Shown: positions 27,677 to 34,982 of the stretch, piece after piece
How positions within the stretch are numbered: the stretch's first letter is position 1
Layout: each line of letters starts with the position of its first letter
Origin: an uncultured Porphyromonadaceae bacterium
Lineage (GTDB): Bacteria; Bacteroidota; Bacteroidia; Bacteroidales; Muribaculaceae
Length of the DNA: 34,982 nt
Direction of reading: 5' to 3'
Assembly (NCBI GenBank): GCA_947174225.1
Contig: CAMWIF010000001.1
Span: 1 to 34,982, forward strand
Program-made: the position numbers and the translations under genes
Notes under the pieces: generated by a model
What the model saw: only the letters and a program-made list of their open reading frames with translations
What the model was told of the DNA's origin: nothing
Database searches by the model: none

Positions 27677-28617
27677 CCTTATTACCCCTTCTAATAGGGT
27701 GGATATTGGATCGTCTTTTTGGTGATCCGGAGCATTTGCCGCATCCTATCGTATGGTTTGGAAAGGCTATATCGCTATTTGAACATCGTTATAATAAAGG
27801 CAAATGTCTTAAGCTTAAAGGTGGAGTTGTAGCTATAATACTTATAGTCGCTGTATTTGTTCTTACTGCCTTAACGCTCAGGGTGATTTCTCCAATATGG
27901 TGGCTTGAATTGTTGGTTCAGTCATTGATGGTGTTTTATTGCCTGGCAGGCACAACGTTAAGCCGGGAGGTCAGAATGACTTTCGAAGCTGTGGATAGGT
28001 CGCTTGAATGTGGCCGTAAACAGGTGGGAAGAATAGTGGGCCGTGATACTTCGGATCTTTCAGCCCAGGAAATACGCACCGCTGCACTTGAAACTCTTGC
28101 CGAGAATCTTAGCGACGGTGTGATAGCACCATTATTCTGGTACGTCCTTTTAGGTGTGCCGGGAATGTTAACTTATAAGATGGTTAACACGCTGGACTCT
28201 ATGATAGGTTATCGCACTATACGGTACAGGGAGTTCGGATGTGTGGCAGCGCGTATCGACGATATAGCAAATTATATTCCCGCACGTATCACTGCTTTAT
28301 TGATGATACTTGTATCGGGACGTATGGACCGACTTAGGTTTGTATGTGAATATGGTCCACGTCATGCCAGCCCGAACAGTGGTTATCCTGAAGCGGCATT
28401 AGCGGGAATACTCGATTGCAGGTTTGGTGGTCCACACGACTATTTCGGCGAGCGGGTAGCTAAGCCATTTATCGGTCGGAATCATCGTGATTTCTCCATG
28501 GACGATGCCGTTAGGGCAATTGGGATAAACCGGAGCGTGGAAGTGGTGGGTATAATTTTGACAATAGCGGTCAGATGGTCAGTTCTATCACTGACCCATA
28601 TGGCGGTATGGTTGTGA
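27673..28617 (+). CDS. cbiB: Adenosylcobinamide-phosphate synthase
   Basis: GDP...PHP, IVGRDT, ETLAENLSDGVIAPLF, NTLDSMIGY and HASPNSGYPEAA. Start at 27673 (ATGA overlap), with 27661 as an alternative. Confidence 0.95.
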   Translation: MTLLPLLIGWILDRLFGDPEHLPHPIVWFGKAISLFEHRYNKGKCLKLKGGVVAIILIVAVFVLTALTLRVISPIWWLELLVQSLMVFYCLAGTTLSREVRMTFEAVDRSLECGRKQVGRIVGRDTSDLSAQEIRTAALETLAENLSDGVIAPLFWYVLLGVPGMLTYKMVNTLDSMIGYRTIRYREFGCVAARIDDIANYIPARITALLMILVSGRMDRLRFVCEYGPRHASPNSGYPEAALAGILDCRFGGPHDYFGERVAKPFIGRNHRDFSMDDAVRAIGINRSVEVVGIILTIAVRWSVLSLTHMAVWL

Positions 28618-29104
28618 ATAATTCCTCATAGCTCTTACCGGCGAAAGCGTTCAGGGCGTGTATGAGTATACCTCCATGGGTAAATAATGCCACAGAAGCT
28701 GTGGAGGGTAGTTCTGACCGGAGAGTATCGATAAATTCAAGAAAACGATTCCGTTGCTGCATAGCCGACTCGCCTCCGGTGGGCACCACGTTCATATAAT
28801 CATTAAACCATTCTTTAAGTCGTGTATCCTTGATTTCGGTATAGTGGCGCATTTCCCAGTCTCCGAAGTTCATTTCCAAAAGACGTTTATCTCTTATTGC
28901 ATCCGGATAGCCGCAATGGTCGGCTAACCTTACACAGCGACTGAGTGGACTTGTATACACACGGTCGAATGACTGATGTTTTAATTTATCGGCCACGATG
29001 GCTGCCTCTTGTGGGAATGTATCTTTTAAAGGCACGTCTGTCTGTCCGTAGCAGGTGGCTGGCGGAACGTCTACTGAGGTATGTCGTATAAGTGTCAGTT
29101 TCAT
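28571..29104 (-). CDS. cobC: Alpha-ribazole-5'-phosphate phosphatase (histidine phosphatase family)
   Basis: LIRHT, CYGQTDVPL, SPLSRC, EMNFGDWE and THGG. Follows cobS. Confidence 0.9.
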   Translation of the reverse strand: MKLTLIRHTSVDVPPATCYGQTDVPLKDTFPQEAAIVADKLKHQSFDRVYTSPLSRCVRLADHCGYPDAIRDKRLLEMNFGDWEMRHYTEIKDTRLKEWFNDYMNVVPTGGESAMQQRNRFLEFIDTLRSELPSTASVALFTHGGILIHALNAFAGKSYEELFTTIPPYGSVIELTI

Positions 29105-29853
29105 AGGTAATGATAAATGATTGTTATTCCTAAGAGCATTGATATTTCACATATTAAACAAACGGCACCGCAGCAGTCGCCCGTATATCCTCCAAGACGT
29201 TTTTTCATAAATAATATCAGCATTCCCGTGGTGACGATAGGGAATAACCCCGATAGTAAGAATAAGGGAGTGTGAAAGGCCAATGGGAGAAGTGGAACAA
29301 GTCCGGAAAGGCTTACTATAAACAATTGTTTAGGCGACATCATGACATAGGTAATCTTATTCTTCGCCCCCTCGGGACGGGCATATGGCAAGAGGTTGGT
29401 GAGCTGTGCAGCACACGCTTTGGCAAAACTATCGGCTGCCAGTAATCCAAGAGCCGCTATGACAACCGGTAACGAGGATAAGAGTGAAATGAACCAAAGA
29501 TAGTACAAGATCAATCCGATTACGCCGAAGGTGCCAATATGTGAATCTTTCATAATTAAGAGGATCCTTTCCTTGGAGTGTCCTCCTCCAAAACCGTCGC
29601 AGAAATCGGCAAGCCCGTCTTCGTGCAGGCTTCCGGTCATTAGCGTACGCCCGGTAAGGGCGAGTATGACAGCTGGCAATATAGGTAGGATATATGCTGA
29701 CAACCACAGTAACAATGCTGTCACGCCTCCGGTAACCCATCCTATGAGTGGCCAATAGACCACCACCGAGGAGTAGTCTGATTCAGGGATATTTATCCAT
29801 CTCCATACCGGGATACGGGTAAAGAAAGTAAGAGCTGCCGCAATGCGTCTCAT
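29101..29853 (-). CDS. cobS: Adenosylcobinamide-GDP ribazoletransferase (cobalamin synthase)
   Basis: FFTRIP, TGSLHEDGLADFCDG, IMKDSHIGTFG and GGYTGDCCGA. Multi-TM. Confidence 0.95.
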   Translation of the reverse strand: MRRIAAALTFFTRIPVWRWINIPESDYSSVVVYWPLIGWVTGGVTALLLWLSAYILPILPAVILALTGRTLMTGSLHEDGLADFCDGFGGGHSKERILLIMKDSHIGTFGVIGLILYYLWFISLLSSLPVVIAALGLLAADSFAKACAAQLTNLLPYARPEGAKNKITYVMMSPKQLFIVSLSGLVPLLPLAFHTPLFLLSGLFPIVTTGMLILFMKKRLGGYTGDCCGAVCLICEISMLLGITIIYHYL

Positions 29854-30893
29854 CAGAAATATTTGGTTACGTTGACTGATCGGAAAGAATCCATACTATT
29901 TATCATCCTCACCGCTGAATCGATAATCGGGTAGGCACACACGGCTCCTGACCCTTCTCCAAGACGTAAGTCGAGATGTAACAACGCTTTCACTCCCATT
30001 GCCTCCAGCATCAGCTTGTGTCCGCTTTCATCGCCCTGATGTCCGAAGATGGCATAGTCCATCACTGTGGGGTAAAGCTGAGAGGCGGCAAGGATAACGC
30101 TTGTCATGATGAAGCCATCTATAATTATTGTCATTCCAAGTTCTGCTGCTTTTAGCATGCCACCCAAAGCCATTACCATCTCATATCCTCCGAACCACGC
30201 TATTTTGTCCTCAGTGGTGTCTTTACCTTTATAATTGGCTATAGCCTTTGAGAGCACTGCACGTTTATGGCGTATTCCGGTGGGATTAAGTCCTGCACCT
30301 GCACCGATACATTTCTCAAGAGGTATTTCGGTAAATAGGTGCATCCATATTGCAGATGGGGATGTGTTGCCGCTGCCCATCTCTCCAAAACTTATGATGT
30401 TGCAGTCGGTTGTATTATGTATATTTTCTACGATTTCGGCACCGCGTTCTATTGAAAGTTCCATTTCTTCATTTGTCATCGCGGGCCCCGTAAGAAAGTT
30501 GCGCGTGCCTCGTCCCACTTTCATATCTATAATCTTATGTCCTGCAGGGATATCGTAATCCACTCCGGCATCTACCAGCACCAACTGAAAGCCGTGTTGT
30601 TCGCAAAGGAAATTTATACCGGCACCCCCCTTTGAGAAATGACTCAGTTGCTGCCAGGTGACTTCTTTCGGAGATACGCTTACACCCTCCTCCAAAATTC
30701 CATGATCACCTGCGAAAAGCACATTGTGTGGTGATCGAAGTTCAGGAGTAAGGGTATTCTGAATCATACATATTTGTTTGGCTATCTCCTCTAATCTGCC
30801 CAATGAGCCTTTTGGTTTGGTGAGATTATCTATTTTGTCGGTAATTAACAATTCCGATTTACGGTTGAGGGGAAGGATATTAAATTTTATCAT
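29853..30893 (-). CDS. cobT: Nicotinate-nucleotide:dimethylbenzimidazole phosphoribosyltransferase
   Basis: [29 protein letters not shown] and LRLGEGSGA. Confidence 0.96.
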   Translation of the reverse strand: MIKFNILPLNRKSELLITDKIDNLTKPKGSLGRLEEIAKQICMIQNTLTPELRSPHNVLFAGDHGILEEGVSVSPKEVTWQQLSHFSKGGAGINFLCEQHGFQLVLVDAGVDYDIPAGHKIIDMKVGRGTRNFLTGPAMTNEEMELSIERGAEIVENIHNTTDCNIISFGEMGSGNTSPSAIWMHLFTEIPLEKCIGAGAGLNPTGIRHKRAVLSKAIANYKGKDTTEDKIAWFGGYEMVMALGGMLKAAELGMTIIIDGFIMTSVILAASQLYPTVMDYAIFGHQGDESGHKLMLEAMGVKALLHLDLRLGEGSGAVCAYPIIDSAVRMINSMDSFRSVNVTKYF

Positions 30894-30899
30894 CTATAC

Positions 30900-31436
30900 T
30901 TATTTTATTTTTACGGGAATACCTGAGATTATCATATACACTTCTTCGGCTTTAGCCGCTACAAATTGGTTGAGCATGCCTTGGAGATCAGCGAAGTGTC
31001 GCTGCATATCGTTGCCGCTGACTCCTCCGAGACCTACTTCGTTGGTAACGATAATAATTGTGGCGCCGGTAGACATCAGACCCTCAATCTCTCGTTTGAT
31101 TTCATCGTATGCGGCATCTATTGATTCATCCATTTCGAAAAACCAGTTTGTTGCCAATAATGTCAGGCAGTCGAGTAAAATTGTGTCTGAGGAGGTGAAA
31201 GTATGCTGTGAGATATGGAGTGGACTTTCGAGATTATGCCATCTCTGTTTACGTCGTTGCCTATGGGCATCGACGCGCCGTTGCATATCGGAATCGAACA
31301 CACGCGCTGTGGCAAGATATATGGGTCGCTCTGCTAAGCTCAACGTCAACTGTTCGGCAAATAAGCTTTTCCCTGAGCGTTGACCACCCGTCACCATTAT
31401 TACTTTTGTTTTTTTCTGATCAGGCGTTTTATCCAT
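30900..31436 (-). CDS. cobU: Bifunctional adenosylcobinamide kinase / cobinamide-phosphate guanylyltransferase
   Basis: VTGGQRSGKS, YLATA, D.DM..R...H, LLDCLT and VTNEVGLG. Start moved to ATG 31436 because the track's 31544 start lies deep in the upstream gene. Confidence 0.93.
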   Translation of the reverse strand: MDKTPDQKKTKVIMVTGGQRSGKSLFAEQLTLSLAERPIYLATARVFDSDMQRRVDAHRQRRKQRWHNLESPLHISQHTFTSSDTILLDCLTLLATNWFFEMDESIDAAYDEIKREIEGLMSTGATIIIVTNEVGLGGVSGNDMQRHFADLQGMLNQFVAAKAEEVYMIISGIPVKIK

Positions 31437-32470
31437 AAATAGTATCCTGTAATAGGTAGTGATGCACCGATAAGCACTGTAAGAAGATATATAATCTTTG
31501 AAATCCAGCCAAACCATGACCCGACATGTAAAGTATAAATCCAACCCTTTATTTGGGTGGCTTTTGCTTTTTCCGAATAAGAGGTCAATGAACTGACTTG
31601 TCCGGATGATACGTTGAATTTATATGTATCATATGCTTGTTGGTTGCCACTGCCTCCTATAACCACATCCGCCTCCCCTTGGTATATGCGTATCTCTTTA
31701 TCGGGATTTTTTGCTTTAATCTTTCTATAGGCTATTTCCCAAGCTGTAAAATTCTCAGCGGGTGTTTTGTGGAGGGCTGACTTTGCCGGTTGTGTGCTGA
31801 ATGTGGCATAAAAAGCTTTTCTATACCAGCCGAACGACCAATTTAATCCCGTTAATATACATATGGCCAGTATTAAGGATGCGATAGCTCCTCCTACACA
31901 GTGGAAATCATGCCAAAAACGGTAAGCTCCGTGTTGGGTGGAAATAGAGAGTTTACGTTTCCACATTCCTTCTGCAGGCCACCATATTATTAACCCTGAA
32001 ATTATTATGGCTAACATAGCTATAGTGGTTATGCCTATTATCATTTTTCCTGTTGTGGCACCGAATGTGCTATCTGCTTTAGCCTTTCCGAATAAGCGAC
32101 GATGGGCTGCACTGGCGAGTTTGAATATTTCCGCTCTTTTATATTCTCCGATCACCTTACCGGTGTATTGGTCAACCCATACGGCAGCCATGGCCGGTTT
32201 ATTTAGCATAATTTTGTATGCATGATTAGGGTTGCTGTAAGTGGTAATTCCAATTATTTGTTTCCCTTTAGGAACTTGCTTCTGTGCTAAAGTCAAAATA
32301 GAGTCTAAGGGTAATTCCGACCGTCCGAGGGGAGTGACTTCAGCCTGACCTATATGACCGAAATCACGTTCAAAAATAAGGATGGCTCCGGATAAGCACA
32401 TCAATACTGCAATCAGTCCGAAAGGCACCGAAAGCCAAAGATGGATAAGCTTGAAAACTTTCTTATTCAT
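31400..32470 (-). CDS. PepSY-associated TM helix domain protein
   Basis: IHLWL, VDQYTG, HRRL, SGLIIWWP, HDFH, TGLNWSF and LHVGSW.G, the conserved His-bearing TM pattern of PepSY_TM proteins. First gene after riboswitch 2. Confidence 0.9.
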   Translation of the reverse strand: MNKKVFKLIHLWLSVPFGLIAVLMCLSGAILIFERDFGHIGQAEVTPLGRSELPLDSILTLAQKQVPKGKQIIGITTYSNPNHAYKIMLNKPAMAAVWVDQYTGKVIGEYKRAEIFKLASAAHRRLFGKAKADSTFGATTGKMIIGITTIAMLAIIISGLIIWWPAEGMWKRKLSISTQHGAYRFWHDFHCVGGAIASLILAICILTGLNWSFGWYRKAFYATFSTQPAKSALHKTPAENFTAWEIAYRKIKAKNPDKEIRIYQGEADVVIGGSGNQQAYDTYKFNVSSGQVSSLTSYSEKAKATQIKGWIYTLHVGSWFGWISKIIYLLTVLIGASLPITGYYLWIKRLIRKKQK

Positions 32471-32513
32471 AACTAATTATTTTGTTCCAGAAATAATCTT
32501 TTAGTCATATTTC

Positions 32514-32723
32514 AATAAGGCAGGTTTCCTGACTTAGCCTATCTCTGACCGGCCTTCCCTCCTTTTTCCCGATTCTCCTCATTTAAAGGAATGGGGTATT
32601 GTTTTAAGGAAGTGACCGTTGAGTTGGTCAGAGACTCATATGGGCATTACAGTAGCTGGCACTGTGTCGGATTCACACCGACTTCCCTCTCATCTGCAAT
32701 CATCTTTGCAGATTCACCTAATT
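32514..32723 (-). ncRNA. Cobalamin riboswitch 2
   Basis: On the - strand: AGGTG...GAGAGGGAAGTCGGTGTGAATCCGAC, CAGTGCCAGCTACTGTAA, GTCACT...GGGAAGGC, and B12 box AAGTCAGGAAACCTGCC (32535-32519). A P13 hairpin follows at 32497-32476. Confidence 0.93.
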
Positions 32724-32729
32724 GTATTG

Positions 32730-32763
32730 CAAAATTACACAAATTTATTGATTCCTTAGCAAG
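32730..32763 (-). promoter_or_regulatory. Sigma-A promoter for the PepSY-cobUTSC operon
   Basis: Perfect -7 element TAATTTTG (32737-32730) directly 5' of the riboswitch. The -33 element is imperfect (CTTG, 22-nt spacer). Confidence 0.65.
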
Positions 32764-32892
32764 AATACGATTGAAAATATGTTATCGCGATAATTACAAG
32801 TATATCTATTTTCTTGTAAAGTTAATTTCTGCTCTTTATTCTTTTCTAACTTCCATAATTATTTTATCTACTTCAGGAAATTTGTCCCATAA

Positions 32893-34359
32893 CTATTTTA
32901 CCTGCTCAAGGAGATTACGGAGAGGTGTGAAGTCGGCAGTTGTGGCTATAGACTGTGGGCAGACTGTGATTTCACCATCACGATTGACGATGGCTAACTG
33001 TGGGATAGTAAGTGAGCCATTTGTGCCGAATGTTGAGAATATCTCCGGGCGTAGATCAGGGTTGATGAGTAAATGGTGACCTTTCAGATTATAATAATTA
33101 GCCATACGCTTCCATTGGTCTTCGATATTGGGTTGATCATCAATAGATATGTATAGAAGTTGGATGCCGTTTTCCTCTGCATATTTTTGAATTGGCTCTA
33201 TGTGGGCAAAGCTTTCACGGCACGGTCCACACCATGTAGCCCAAAGATCAATGAGTATGGGTTTGCCTTTGTAGGGTGCTAAAAGGTCAGAAAGGCTTTT
33301 AATTTCCGTGTTATCAAGAAAGACTATTTCGTCTGACGGGTTGGGATGGTTAAAAGCAAAGTTGTCTCTGACTTTTTCATCAAGCAAGGGAATTAGTCCA
33401 CTTTCGGGAAACAGTTTCTTGAACTGTTCGGTAAGAGCCGGCATTCCCGGTGAAAATTTGCCTGTTGCACCGTCCTCATATAGCATTGTGCCTAATGCAG
33501 ATTCGGCTGCCTTGCCACTTAGGGTGTTTAGGAAATAATCGGTTTTCAATTGGAGAAGTGAATCGGGTGTTATGTCTTGAGGAAAATCGCCGTCAGGGAA
33601 ATTGTCTTTGAAATAGAAATCATTAACAATGTGTTGAGCAAAAAATGGATTACGGGCATTTGCCGGATCTGACATATTAACCTCATTTCGGATACGTCCC
33701 AATTCTTGTTTCCACGCCTCTGCATCTCCTTTATTTCCGGCAAGATAGGTACACTGACTATAAACCATAAGGCTCTCAAGGCGTGTATCGTTTTCTAAAG
33801 CTTGCCGTATCTCTGCACTTGCTCCGGCATACGCTTGATTAATGCTGTCAGCGTATGTGTTAAGCTTTGTGCTGACAGTAGTAGGAATACTATCTGCCCA
33901 TAAGCCAAGTTTGTCTTTGCGTCCGGTAGCTAAGTGGAACCATAAGTCATACAGATTGTCTGCGCTTTGGGCTGCCTTGGCATCAAGACTGTTTCCTGTA
34001 GGTGGAACTACGACTACGTTTTCTTCGGCAAGCGGATCAATGACTACTTCGGTAACACCCGGAAGTGCATAGAAAGTCTGGTATACATAAGGTAGTCGAT
34101 TATTGGGATCTCTTGCCAGAATATTCACTCGCTCTACACCCTCAGTTGGTAGGGTAAGAGTGAAAGTGCTGTCGGCTGTAAGCTCGACTGGTGTGAAGGT
34201 GGTGAGATAAACACCGTTGTGGCTTCGGTGATAAACGATTTGGCGACCGGCGAGGTTTTTAGTCGAAATTTTCACCGTGGCTTCATTATTTTCTGCCCCA
34301 AATGCTGGTGTCAACATACACATAGCCGCCAAGAGGCATACAGTAGAAATTTTCATCAT
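32893..34359 (-). CDS. Exported TlpA/ResA-like thiol-disulfide oxidoreductase (C-terminal thioredoxin domain)
   Basis: Signal peptide ...TPAFG-A, KGKPILIDLWATWCGPC, YISID and a cis-Pro motif TIP. Confidence 0.88.
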   Translation of the reverse strand: MMKISTVCLLAAMCMLTPAFGAENNEATVKISTKNLAGRQIVYHRSHNGVYLTTFTPVELTADSTFTLTLPTEGVERVNILARDPNNRLPYVYQTFYALPGVTEVVIDPLAEENVVVVPPTGNSLDAKAAQSADNLYDLWFHLATGRKDKLGLWADSIPTTVSTKLNTYADSINQAYAGASAEIRQALENDTRLESLMVYSQCTYLAGNKGDAEAWKQELGRIRNEVNMSDPANARNPFFAQHIVNDFYFKDNFPDGDFPQDITPDSLLQLKTDYFLNTLSGKAAESALGTMLYEDGATGKFSPGMPALTEQFKKLFPESGLIPLLDEKVRDNFAFNHPNPSDEIVFLDNTEIKSLSDLLAPYKGKPILIDLWATWCGPCRESFAHIEPIQKYAEENGIQLLYISIDDQPNIEDQWKRMANYYNLKGHHLLINPDLRPEIFSTFGTNGSLTIPQLAIVNRDGEITVCPQSIATTADFTPLRNLLEQVK

Positions 34360-34395
34360 AAAAAAAGTGAATTATGTATTAGTTCAGCTATATAA

Positions 34396-34982
34396 TCAGA
34401 GGTAATTGGTTACGTCGAGGGCTATGGAAGATTGCCCTTGAGGTACTTCTATATAATAAAGGTCTATTTTAGGAAATATACCCAACGGACCCAAAGGCAG
34501 GTTCTTCAAACATAAAAAATCAGTTGGGTAAAGAGTAATCTTTTTAGATTTACTGTCAATGAAGATTCTCTTGGCTAATTCATATTCCCTCTCCTTCTTC
34601 TTATCGGATAGCATAGTGCCTTTGTGTAGGTTAACTAAGAAATCCGGCATAGGTGGATGTCCAACGATAAAGCCTTTTATGATGTAATCCTTCAATAGGT
34701 AGCAAGTAGATATATTAAGAAGCATATTGGCTTTAAGGAAAGATGACACTATCTGAGTCTTGGCATGATAAAGATCTTCAGTTCTGAACTTAGATTTAAG
34801 CTCAGTCAGAAACATATACTTCTTACCTTCTTTCTCAAACAGTACAATTCCGTCGCAATCTAATTTAAAGACGTCGGGAGAGTTGGCTTTCTCAAAAAAT
34901 GAGGTCATATCTTTAGCCAACTGATGATCCAGATAGTAGAAATCCGCAGATGTCCATATGACTTTATTTACGGAAGCATTTT
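34396..34982 (-). CDS. Hypothetical protein with PD-(D/E)XK nuclease-like motif, 5'-truncated
   Basis: The frame stays open past the track's TTG start to the window edge (NASVNKVIWTSADFYYLDHQLAKDMTS...). Contains DCDGI-...-LTELKS-...-AKTQI. Confidence 0.6.
   Translation of the reverse strand, partial: NASVNKVIWTSADFYYLDHQLAKDMTSFFEKANSPDVFKLDCDGIVLFEKEGKKYMFLTELKSKFRTEDLYHAKTQIVSSFLKANMLLNISTCYLLKDYIIKGFIVGHPPMPDFLVNLHKGTMLSDKKKEREYELAKRIFIDSKSKKITLYPTDFLCLKNLPLGPLGIFPKIDLYYIEVPQGQSSIALDVTNYL

Noticed and set aside
30778-31383. 201-aa + strand ORF
   Set aside because: Antisense to cobU and cobT, with no motif or promoter.
32591-33079. 162-aa + strand ORF
   Set aside because: It runs antisense across riboswitch 2, its promoter and the thioredoxin gene's 3' end, and its composition is not protein-like.
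32893-34359. Thioredoxin-like gene as part of the cobalamin regulon
   Set aside because: It lies upstream of the riboswitch 2 promoter, so it is outside riboswitch control, and such genes are common in Bacteroidales.
1-34982. CRISPR arrays, tRNA/rRNA genes, transposases, integrases or invertible promoters
   Set aside because: None seen. Intergenic space is small and shows no regularly spaced repeats or recombinase genes.

Overview
This is a Bacteroidales-type chromosomal window (TAnnTTTG promoters, SPII lipoproteins, Bacteroides-style cbi gene fusions). It is dominated by a ~29-kb cobalamin locus of two convergent operons, each led by its own cobalamin riboswitch. The + operon (4013-28617, 19 genes) encodes a TonB-dependent receptor, a DUF4374-like surface lipoprotein, an exported CbiK, an HmuS/BtuS-like CobN protein with HmuT/U/V-like partners, a FecCD-type ABC transporter, then cbiH-C, cbiET, cbiG-F, cbiJ-D, cbiA, a PduO-type adenosyltransferase, cbiP, cobD and cbiB. 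The - operon (32470-28571) encodes a PepSY-TM protein, cobU, cobT, cobS and cobC. The flanks hold a large AsmA-family gene missed by the ORF track (left), and a TlpA-like thioredoxin plus a partial PD-(D/E)XK-like gene (right). The most notable point is that both chelatase-family proteins appear extracytoplasmic, while cbiL, the CobN ATPase partners and all early tetrapyrrole genes are absent from the window. This suggests a B12-repressed envelope system for acquiring cobalt or a Co-tetrapyrrole precursor. Family calls come from motif recognition by eye; no searches were run.
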